A DNA stretch of 64,000 nucleotides. Source: a virus (lineage: Duplodnaviria; Caudoviricetes). The stretch is taken from IMG/VR virus record IMGVR_UViG_3300042935_001404; one strand, written 5' to 3'. Under the pieces are notes generated by a model. That model worked only from the letters and a program-made list of their open reading frames with translations, was not told the origin of the DNA and did not search any database. A program made the position numbers and the translations under genes. Of the stretch, positions 39,646-46,923 are shown piece after piece. Every line of letters begins with the position of its first letter. Within the stretch, counting starts at the first letter, position 1.

Positions 39646-39778
39646 TAGTTTTTCCTTTAGATTAAATTAAAATCAACAGATTGTCGACTTTATCAACAGA
39701 CTGTCGATATAATATTTAGTCACGCAACATGATCCCTGACTTTTTGTCAACGAAATCCATCAAAAATAGAGGTTCTGC

Positions 39779-41098
39779 TTATTGAGATCTTAACCACTGA
39801 ATTAGTCGTCGATGTAAATTATAAAGTTTTTTACTAGATCCTGGATCTTGTTTTAATATTTTTTTTCGTATCGCTCTTCGAAATATGCCACGTGGTTTTT
39901 TGACGAGTCGAAATGCATCTATAAAATTTGTTTTTAATTCTTCAATTACCTGTTGTTGAAATGCATCGCTAAAAAAATGTTTTTTGTTAAAATCCGCTAT
40001 GCGTCTAATTTCTAGTAAAAATTGATCAAACTCCGGTGCGCCAAGAGAATTAATTTTATTCAGGCTGTTGATAATTTTTTCAAGTCTTAACAAACTATTT
40101 GTCTCTTGATCATAACTTTCGTCAATCCAAGGAGCAAATGTTCGAAATCCGTAACTTCTTAGATATTCTAAACTATGCGGGCCTGCTGCCAACACAAATG
40201 GATGTCCGCAGGCAATTGGTCTCAGTATCTTTTCTGTCAAGTGAATTCTTGAGTCGTCAAATATAGTTTCCAAAACTACACTTATTGCAGTTGAATTAAA
40301 ATCATCATGATTGTACTGTGCGCTTTCGTTGCTGTCACTGTGATTGTCTTCAAACAGATCTAGTACAGTGCTGTCTTTGAGCGCAAAATTAATATTTTTA
40401 AATTTGTGGTCCCGGTAATGATACCCTTGATCGCCTTCGGACCGTCTTGATATACTGATTTTACTTTGTTCATGCAATCCATGTTTGACCAACAACTCTA
40501 TAAACTTTAATCTGTATTCTCTAGTGTTGCCCCAGGCACGATTGTATATTAGGAATTTTTTACAAACTTGAGATTGCGTTGTTAGCCGAGTATCTATCTC
40601 GGCAAATCTATACCAGTCACGAGCAATAATTGCATGGCACCAATAATAAACTGGTAAAAAATTATTTTGAGAATACTGTTCTAAGTCAACAGAATTTTTT
40701 TCAGAATGCAGTAAAATTGCCTGTTCATAAAGAGATCCACACAACAATGGTATTGACAATAAATTTTTATCAACCGCCGCTTGACTACTTATTTTGGCCA
40801 CAGTGGGTTCGTTTAATGCAATGTGTAATGACACAGGATCAATATTTGTATAAAAATTATAATGCAATGGCTCTTGGTCGTGTGCAACAACTGGAATGTT
40901 AATAAAATATGTTAGGCCGTCAACACCATTGGCGCCAAGAGCAGTCAATGCATCAAGATCAGTTAATGTATCAATATCAGTCAATGGTCTGAGGTCAGAA
41001 ATATCTTTACTACCGTGAGGATAAAATCTGTAAAATGCTGTCGGAACAGGTATAATCGATTGCACCCAGTGGTACAAATTGTCTAAGGGAATGTTCAT
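39779..41098 (-). CDS. putative glycosyltransferase-like protein (ET..TEK family)
   Basis: VVLETIF..LTEKILRPI..GHPF..GFRTF..DESYD. Confidence 0.45.
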   Translation of the reverse strand: MNIPLDNLYHWVQSIIPVPTAFYRFYPHGSKDISDLRPLTDIDTLTDLDALTALGANGVDGLTYFINIPVVAHDQEPLHYNFYTNIDPVSLHIALNEPTVAKISSQAAVDKNLLSIPLLCGSLYEQAILLHSEKNSVDLEQYSQNNFLPVYYWCHAIIARDWYRFAEIDTRLTTQSQVCKKFLIYNRAWGNTREYRLKFIELLVKHGLHEQSKISISRRSEGDQGYHYRDHKFKNINFALKDSTVLDLFEDNHSDSNESAQYNHDDFNSTAISVVLETIFDDSRIHLTEKILRPIACGHPFVLAAGPHSLEYLRSYGFRTFAPWIDESYDQETNSLLRLEKIINSLNKINSLGAPEFDQFLLEIRRIADFNKKHFFSDAFQQQVIEELKTNFIDAFRLVKKPRGIFRRAIRKKILKQDPGSSKKLYNLHRRLIQWLRSQ

Positions 41099-41121
41099 GC
41101 CATTGGATTTTGTCTTTGAAT

Positions 41122-41435
41122 AAAAGGTAATTTAATTCTGTTACGAGGATAAATTACCAAAAACCCTAGGCAGTGTTTAGACTGCCAATGCTTCCTTGGC
41201 TGTACGAGCAGAGAACTTGACGTTCTTACCAGAAACAGTTACGGTTTTGTTTACGTTTGCATTTACGTTTTTTGCTTGATTAACGGTCATCGCCTACCGT
41301 GCTGTCCACTTGTTTACTTGTTGCCCTGTCGAATCTAGTGCTCCCCCACCTAAATATACTGAATACATTTAGGTGGAGGAGGGGGGATTCGCACCCCCGT
41401 CCAAGACACTTTTCTCTTTGCTTCATACAGCAATA
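41122..41435 (-). ncRNA. ssrA: circularly permuted (two-piece) tmRNA
   Basis: acceptor piece ..GGACGGGGGTGCGAATCCCCC CTCCTCC A (ends ~41374) precedes coding piece GGGGGAG CACTAGATTCGAC (starts 41347); 7-bp acceptor stem with G3:U70; tag ORF 41260-41177. Confidence 0.9.
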
Positions 41436-41440
41436 ACTCT

Positions 41441-41448
41441 TATTTATA
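41441..41448 (-). promoter_or_regulatory. T4-like late promoter TATAAATA upstream of tmRNA
   Basis: exact octamer; also seen at 28204-28211, 35912-35919, 51055-51062 (-) and 44887-44894 (+). Confidence 0.55.
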
Positions 41449-41450
41449 AT

Positions 41451-41525
41451 TGGTTGCGGGGGAAGGACTCGAACCTCCGGCTTCCAGGTTATGAGCCTGG
41501 CGGTCTACCACTGACGTACCCCGCG
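41451..41525 (-). tRNA. tRNA-fMet(CAT), initiator type
   Basis: C1:A72 mismatch, CCAGG-CTCATAA-CCTGG, CCA. Confidence 0.88.
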
Positions 41526-41531
41526 ATAAAT

Positions 41532-41621
41532 TGGCGGAAGCGGTGAGATTCGAACTCACGAGGGACGTTGATCCCTGCTGGGTTAGTAATCCAGTGCCAT
41601 CGGCCACTCGGCCACGCTTCC
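41532..41621 (-). tRNA. tRNA-Ser(ACT), rare A34 anticodon
   Basis: long variable arm, G73, loop TT-ACT-AA, CCA. Confidence 0.85.
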
Positions 41622-41631
41622 TGCAGTTGTT

Positions 41632-41865
41632 TTATGGCAAAATTTCGCTAGATACCACACCAGGTTGTGTGGCCGCCCAGTTCGTATATTCAGTTGCTTT
41701 CTCAAGTGTGGGCCATGTTCTTTCCCATATTGTATCACCGTTTTCGAGAGTTGTAAATGTTGGGAACTCACCCACGCCGTTTGGCCATGCTAAAGATATA
41801 AGAACATCTCTTGCCTCATTTGTCAATGAGGTTCCTGCTTCCACAACTATTTTTGTTTTAATCAT
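41632..41865 (-). CDS. hypothetical protein
   Basis: ORF with SD AGGA. Confidence 0.6.
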   Translation of the reverse strand: MIKTKIVVEAGTSLTNEARDVLISLAWPNGVGEFPTFTTLENGDTIWERTWPTLEKATEYTNWAATQPGVVSSEILP

Positions 41866-41894
41866 AATATTTTCCTATAAAAAATCAAAGTATG

Positions 41895-42395
41895 CTAGAA
41901 TTTTTCATTAACTTTAGCACGATAACTAGCAGTTGATAACCCTTTAAATCGATCTGCCGCATAACTGGCAGCAAATGCATTGGGTTTAACTGATGGCGTC
42001 ACATTACATGTTCCTTTAATGTAGCCAACAGCCTGTGATATCACACAGCTCGACCCGTATTTATCGTCAGGATTGATATCTAAGTGCACCTCAACATGAC
42101 GATTTTCCAACACTTCGCCCAATTTCAAATACAGTTCAGATACTTTGTAAACTTCATTCATCAGGCGCATGCTTGGACGCGATGTTTTTTGATCAAAGTC
42201 CCGTTCGCGGTGTACTTCTCCAAACAGTTTGCAACCGTTGTTGCCGTTGATATGCACCACAATGGCCACCACGTAGTCAGCATACCAAACACCGTTTACA
42301 CGATGACGTTCTGAGTCACACCCAAGATAAATCTTAGTCTCAGGAGTTTGTTCTTCAATGAACCTTTTTACTTTAACAAGATTTATCTTTTCCAT
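41895..42395 (-). CDS. RNase H-like YkuK/DUF458 family protein
   Basis: IYLGCDSE, RLMNEVYK, EVHLDIN, FAASYAADR. Confidence 0.8.
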   Translation of the reverse strand: MEKINLVKVKRFIEEQTPETKIYLGCDSERHRVNGVWYADYVVAIVVHINGNNGCKLFGEVHRERDFDQKTSRPSMRLMNEVYKVSELYLKLGEVLENRHVEVHLDINPDDKYGSSCVISQAVGYIKGTCNVTPSVKPNAFAASYAADRFKGLSTASYRAKVNEKF

Positions 42396-42407
42396 AATAT
42401 TTTACCT

Positions 42408-42492
42408 TGGTGCGGATGGAGAGATTCGAACTCTCACGATTTTACTCGCTGGAACCTAAATCCAGTGCGGCTACCAATTACGCCACATCCGC
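42408..42492 (-). tRNA. tRNA-Leu(TAG)
   Basis: CTGGA-TTTAGGT-TCCAG, long variable arm, CCA. Confidence 0.93.
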
Positions 42493-42503
42493 ATTGTTTT
42501 TAT

Positions 42504-43439
42504 TTATTGACCGAGTTTTGTTGCAAATGATTCAAACATATGGTCCATGGTTTTGATATTTTGCAAATCTAATTTGTAGTCACCAGACTTGCTGACCAGA
42601 TGTTTTTGAACCAAGTCAGGCATGGCCAGTTTGATTGCTTGATTCAGATCCTTGACAACTTGATCTCGCACTTCTCGGGGAGTGTCTTTTCTTATAAAGA
42701 AACTGTATCCTGCCACTAAGTTTTGGTAATCAGAGAATCCGGGACTTGTTAAATTAGGCAAATCTGGAAAGTCAGTTGACTTTTTGTTGTCAAACACAAA
42801 CAGCGGTGTTAGTGTTCCGGCAGTGATGTGTTGATTAACATTGCCGTAGCTGATAACAGCAAAGTCAAGTTGATTGTTTAAAATATCTACAATCACCTGA
42901 GGTATACTTTTGTAGTTGACCAAAATTCCGTTGACTTTCATCTTGTCTATGGCTAATGATCCGTAAATGTGAAGAGGACTTCCTGTTATAGTGCTACCAT
43001 ATGTTAGTCCTTTTTGTTTGCCTAGTTCTGCCAGATCATTGAGATTCTTGATGTTTCTTTTGCTGTTGGTAACCAATACCCATTGTGGAGAATAGAAATG
43101 TGATACCGGTTCGAAATGCCGTTCGTAATCAAATCCTGTTGACGGTTTTGCACTGGCATAGGCAGTTGATGCGTAGAACAAAATTGTATGGCCATCGGCC
43201 GGGGCCGACAAGACATGTTGAGACGCTATGGCAGCGGCCCCACCTGGTTTGTTCATTACCACGACACCGGATTTCCAGATCCCGTCTAGTTTTTCTGCCA
43301 CAGTTCTTGTGATAAGATCAAGTCCACCGCCTGCTCCTGTGGGAACAATTAGTTGTACAGGTTTCTCAGGAAACGCTGATACAGAGACACTAACACTCAT
43401 AACAAGTGCGGTTAATAATGTTGATACAATTTTCTTCAC
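42504..43439 (-). CDS. Bug/TctC tripartite tricarboxylate transporter substrate-binding protein
   Basis: signal peptide; FPEKPVQLIVP..GGG.D..R, NKPGG.., ADGHT, YK. Confidence 0.9.
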   Translation of the reverse strand: MKKIVSTLLTALVMSVSVSVSAFPEKPVQLIVPTGAGGGLDLITRTVAEKLDGIWKSGVVVMNKPGGAAAIASQHVLSAPADGHTILFYASTAYASAKPSTGFDYERHFEPVSHFYSPQWVLVTNSKRNIKNLNDLAELGKQKGLTYGSTITGSPLHIYGSLAIDKMKVNGILVNYKSIPQVIVDILNNQLDFAVISYGNVNQHITAGTLTPLFVFDNKKSTDFPDLPNLTSPGFSDYQNLVAGYSFFIRKDTPREVRDQVVKDLNQAIKLAMPDLVQKHLVSKSGDYKLDLQNIKTMDHMFESFATKLGQ

Positions 43440-43460
43440 GGTTGCTTTCTTTAAAATTAA

Positions 43461-44594
43461 TCACGATCCAATGTCGTATTCCTTGCTCCAAATAAACGGC
43501 AAGTCATATAACATATTTTGCCGTTTAGTTCGAAATAGATTGTTATGCTTAAAATGATTTACTAGTGTTGTTTGGGTGTATAGATTATATACGCCTTTTA
43601 AGAAGTTTGCGGCCTCAGGTCGTCCAGATCTTAGATCTTCAACCAGAAATCTACTCTCCGGTGATGCTGTCTCGATGTCTTGCCAAGAACCGGTTAGATT
43701 TACATTTGAAATTCCTGCTAAACGTTCACTTAGCACTTTCTGCGATCGACTCACTCCATAGTTTAATTCCTGGTGTCGCCCGCAATCTAAACTCATTTGT
43801 TCAAATCCTTTGGTGGTTTTTTTATAATTGGCCTCGGCTAGCCCGCCATTGTGTAACTTTAGTTGATTTTGTTGAATGTACTTTTTAACATTGTTCTTGA
43901 ACACATGACTTTGTTTAACAGCCAGCACTGTATCTAAAAAGAACGCTTCGATATGTGGCCTATTAAACCCTTGATCTAAAACCATTGCCAGTTGTCTACT
44001 AAACCATCGACCGTTTCTATAAACAAGTCTGGGTTTTTCGTACCCTGTGATGCATTTGAAAGTGTGCCCGCTGTACTTTTGGTATACCGCATCTTCTGTT
44101 GTGGTAAATGGAAGATTAAAATATCTAACTAACTCTGTTCTCTTGCTATTAAAAATCCAGTCTTCGCTGTTGACAAATGGATTGTGTTTGTTAGGTGCTC
44201 GGGCATCCAGCAACGTTATTTCGGTATGCGGATCCCAGTGATTCTTTTTTACCCATTCATACGCACTGGTAGGGAACCATGCAAATTCTTCTGCGGCAGC
44301 AACAATTATCTCATCTAGGTGTATTTTATGTTTGGCAAACACATTGTAAATGGTTTGGCTGTCAAACCCACCACTGTAGTATAGCACTAATTTTTCGTAT
44401 TTGTTCCTGAGCTCAAAGGCTCGATACGCCATTAAATTATCAAATGAATCAGTTGATTCTGTAGTCCAGTCAACCTTATCGTATTGATCTTCGTTTAGAT
44501 AGAACTTGACTGGATGACCAGTTTCAGTAGAGTTTATCCAAGCAAGATATACATTGTTATAAGGTTGGTTGTTTACAGTGTAAAAAGCGTTCAT
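43461..44594 (-). CDS. PP-loop (SGGxDS) adenine-nucleotide alpha-hydrolase-like protein
   Basis: LYYSGGFDSQTI. Confidence 0.5.
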   Translation of the reverse strand: MNAFYTVNNQPYNNVYLAWINSTETGHPVKFYLNEDQYDKVDWTTESTDSFDNLMAYRAFELRNKYEKLVLYYSGGFDSQTIYNVFAKHKIHLDEIIVAAAEEFAWFPTSAYEWVKKNHWDPHTEITLLDARAPNKHNPFVNSEDWIFNSKRTELVRYFNLPFTTTEDAVYQKYSGHTFKCITGYEKPRLVYRNGRWFSRQLAMVLDQGFNRPHIEAFFLDTVLAVKQSHVFKNNVKKYIQQNQLKLHNGGLAEANYKKTTKGFEQMSLDCGRHQELNYGVSRSQKVLSERLAGISNVNLTGSWQDIETASPESRFLVEDLRSGRPEAANFLKGVYNLYTQTTLVNHFKHNNLFRTKRQNMLYDLPFIWSKEYDIGS

Positions 44595-44610
44595 TTATTT
44601 TTAATTAAAT

Positions 44611-44686
44611 TGGCTCCCCAACGTGGGCTCGAACCACGGACCAACAGATTAACAGTCTGCTACTCTACCGACTGAGCTATTGGGGA
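44611..44686 (-). tRNA. tRNA-Asn(GTT)
   Basis: cloverleaf, CTGTTAA loop, CCA. Confidence 0.94.
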
Positions 44687-44692
44687 ATACTC

Positions 44693-44848
44693 TTACTTGC
44701 GTTCTTTAGACGAGAATGATGCAGGTGTTGCCTGTGCGTCAATCATGGCTCTTTTAAATCCGTTGCGATCGTGTTGATCTTTAAACTTTAACAATGCCAT
44801 CAATGTTTTTGTTCGTTTGCTGAGTTTAAATGTAGATGTTGTTTTCAT
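44693..44848 (-). CDS. 51-aa basic small protein MKTTSTFKLSKRTKTLMALL..
   Basis: hand-translated; SD AAGGA upstream. Confidence 0.6.
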   Translation of the reverse strand: MKTTSTFKLSKRTKTLMALLKFKDQHDRNGFKRAMIDAQATPASFSSKERK

Positions 44849-44899
44849 TTGTTTCCTTTGGGGTATTTATTTGGGTTAAATTGCGATATAAATATCTGT

Positions 44900-45085
44900 A
44901 TGCAAACGCAAACACAAGATTTTATTTCAGTTAGTGGACATCTACAAGTGCATCTGTCACTCAGTGAGTATAACACATCTTATATTTTTGTCAATGATAT
45001 TTTCAATGATCGGCTAATTATGCGTTACTTTGGTGATCATGAATCTGCAGTCAACTGGATCAAGACTCTTAAAGACCACTATTGA
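44900..45085 (+). CDS. hypothetical protein antisense to tRNA operon
   Basis: TATAAATA at 44887-44894 directly upstream of ATG. Confidence 0.55.
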   Translation: MQTQTQDFISVSGHLQVHLSLSEYNTSYIFVNDIFNDRLIMRYFGDHESAVNWIKTLKDHY

Positions 45086-45093
45086 TCACATGC

Positions 45094-45169
45094 TGGGGAG
45101 AAGTATGGGAATTGAACCCATATTAACGGAATCACAATCCGTGGTGTTGACCTTTACACTAACTACTCC
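45094..45169 (-). tRNA. tRNA-His(GTG)
   Basis: G-1:C73, ACGGA-TTGTGAT-TCCGT. Confidence 0.92.
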
Positions 45170-45173
45170 GTGT

Positions 45174-45248
45174 TGGTCTCGCTTGCAAGAATCGAACTCA
45201 CATTCAAGAGGTAGAAGCTCTTTGTATTATCCATTATACTAAAGCGAG
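45174..45248 (-). tRNA. tRNA-Arg(TCT)
   Basis: AAGAG-CTTCTAC-CTCTT, CCA. Confidence 0.9.
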
Positions 45249-45250
45249 AA

Positions 45251-45328
45251 TGGCAGAGGGTACTGGATTCGAACCAGTGATCATGGAGTCAAAGTCCAAT
45301 GCTTTAGGCCAAACTAAGCTAACCCCCA
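45251..45328 (-). tRNA. tRNA-Gln(TTG)
   Basis: loop CTTTGAC, G73, CCA. Confidence 0.9.
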
Positions 45329-45339
45329 GTAATAATTGT

Positions 45340-45413
45340 TGGAGCGGGATAGGAGAATCGAACTCCTGACTAAACCTTGGCAAGGTTTCGTTTGACCATT
45401 AAACTAATCCCGC
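45340..45413 (-). tRNA. tRNA-Gly(GCC)
   Basis: AAACC-TTGCCAA-GGTTT, U73, CCA. Confidence 0.93.
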
Positions 45414-45416
45414 ATG

Positions 45417-45491
45417 TGGTGGTGATGAGTAGAGTCGAACTACCACCGGACTCCGTATGAAGGAGGCGCACTACCGTTATGCTACATCACC
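45417..45491 (-). tRNA. tRNA-CAT (elongator Met or Ile2, not resolved)
   Basis: fully paired acceptor GGTGATG, loop TTCATAC, CCA. Confidence 0.85.
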
Positions 45492-45493
45492 GA

Positions 45494-46228
45494 TCAGTCG
45501 AAGTAGTATTCGAGATCAGAGAGACCGACCACGTTAGAATAATCTAAGCCGTGTATGTAAGACTCGCGACGCAAGTCATTTCCGGGCACCAAGTCTCGGC
45601 GAATGTGTGTCAGTTCCATACATCCAAAAACGCCATCAGTGTCATAGCTCACGTGATTGTTGCCGTGTACGTGTACAATGGCATAGTGCTCTTGCCACCG
45701 CTCCACAGCCTGGTGCCATTGTTTGCTACGATTGGCACAGTTGTGCCATTCCATTGCAACGCCTACAATGCGATCGCGATGTTGTACGATGCTTTCAATC
45801 AAACTGTATTCACCACCTTCGATGTCCATCTTGATGAACACCTGGTCTACGCCCATTCTGTCTAGGGCCCGAACAAAATTTTCTGGCCCAATAAACTCTG
45901 GCCAATGTTTTACGTTATCTTGAAAGAATTCATCGTACATGGCTCGAATATCCAAGTGTCCACGAACCGGCGTATTGATGCTGATACGCATGGTATCTCT
46001 AGTGACACTGGCATCATACATCTGAATCGGATCTGTAGGTTTGAGATTATGCCAGTCTTGATCAAATGTAAAATCGTCACCTAGTCCAAAACTTAACAGA
46101 CCCTGTGCTTGGTCCACTGCTGAACGTGGCAAAATGTAGCCGCCGTCCATTTTTCCACCTAATCTAATTAGGTCAGGCACTGCAACAGGGCAGAGCCAAT
46201 GTAGTTCTTGGGGTAGTTTAATTTTCAT
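45494..46228 (-). CDS. FkbM-like SAM-dependent methyltransferase
   Basis: RLGGKMDGGY, SFGLGDDFTF, FIKMDIEGGE. Confidence 0.7.
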   Translation of the reverse strand: MKIKLPQELHWLCPVAVPDLIRLGGKMDGGYILPRSAVDQAQGLLSFGLGDDFTFDQDWHNLKPTDPIQMYDASVTRDTMRISINTPVRGHLDIRAMYDEFFQDNVKHWPEFIGPENFVRALDRMGVDQVFIKMDIEGGEYSLIESIVQHRDRIVGVAMEWHNCANRSKQWHQAVERWQEHYAIVHVHGNNHVSYDTDGVFGCMELTHIRRDLVPGNDLRRESYIHGLDYSNVVGLSDLEYYFD

Positions 46229-46346
46229 AATTTTATTTATTAACTGGTTTTACACACCATATAAAAGCACACTATATGCGCCCTGGTTGTTAAGCGCCAC
46301 TAACAGCCTGCAACCACGCAGGGTAGCCGTGTAATGTGCTTTTATA

Positions 46347-46420
46347 TGGTAGGGGTGCAGGGGAACGATCCCTGTTTTACGGATTAAAAGTCCGTTACTT
46401 CACCTTAAAGTTTCACCCCC
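46347..46420 (-). tRNA. tRNA-Lys(TTT)
   Basis: ACGGA-CTTTTAA-TCCGT; atypical T-loop ATCGTTC; CCA. Confidence 0.88.
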
Positions 46421-46543
46421 TAATGGGCTTTGTTTTTGTGCTCGACGCAGAGCCTTGTTGCTCTTACGATGCGAACCTGCTTTGCGGAACAGTGCAAGAC
46501 GAACGAAGCAGTTACGTTCGCGCACGATCGATTTACGTTTCAT
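46400..46543 (-). CDS. 47-aa highly basic small protein whose stop codon lies inside tRNA-Lys (ArfA/BrfA-like candidate)
   Basis: SD AAGGA; MKRKSIVRERNCFVRLALFRKAGSHRKSNKALRRAQKQSPL then GGETLR* from tRNA sequence. Confidence 0.6.
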   Translation of the reverse strand: MKRKSIVRERNCFVRLALFRKAGSHRKSNKALRRAQKQSPLGGETLR

Positions 46544-46562
46544 ACAGTTTCCTTTTATAAAA

Positions 46563-46638
46563 TGGTGGAGGATAACGGATTCGAACCGTTTGCTCCTGGT
46601 TGCAAACCAGGTGTGTTAGCCAAGTATACCAATCCCCC
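46563..46638 (-). tRNA. tRNA-Ala(TGC)
   Basis: G3:U70, CCTGG-TTTGCAA-CCAGG, CCA. Confidence 0.93.
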
Positions 46639-46639
46639 A

Positions 46640-46875
46640 ATATGCTCTGCATCCCCCGGCGGTAATTATAGAGTATCAACATAGATTAATCCGGAATCTA
46701 ACTCAACTAAGGTTAGCGATTCTATGCATCACACACTCCTTCCACCCGCTTCCCGACAGGGACCGTTATCGCATTGCTAGCGGCCTTTTGGTAAGAAGAC
46801 TACCACCCTTGAGTAACGAACTCACTTCTCTCGTACGGGTCATACTAGCCAGGCGTTACCCCGACGGGTTCTTCT
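46640..46875 (-). ncRNA. unidentified multi-helix structured RNA
   Basis: nested helices incl. GAGTGT/ATACTC, GCATAGA/TCTATGT, GGTGG/TTACC, CCTGGC/GCCGGG with G.U pairs on minus strand; no ORF in track. Confidence 0.55.
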
Positions 46876-46907
46876 CTCAAATAAGCATAAGCATAGTATT
46901 CTTTCAT
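46845..46907 (-). pseudogene. N-terminal remnant resembling a GIY-YIG (Seg-like) homing endonuclease
   Basis: MKEYYAYAYLREE then 7 unrelated residues and stop. Confidence 0.45.
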
Positions 46908-46923
46908 ACCTTGACGAGAATCT

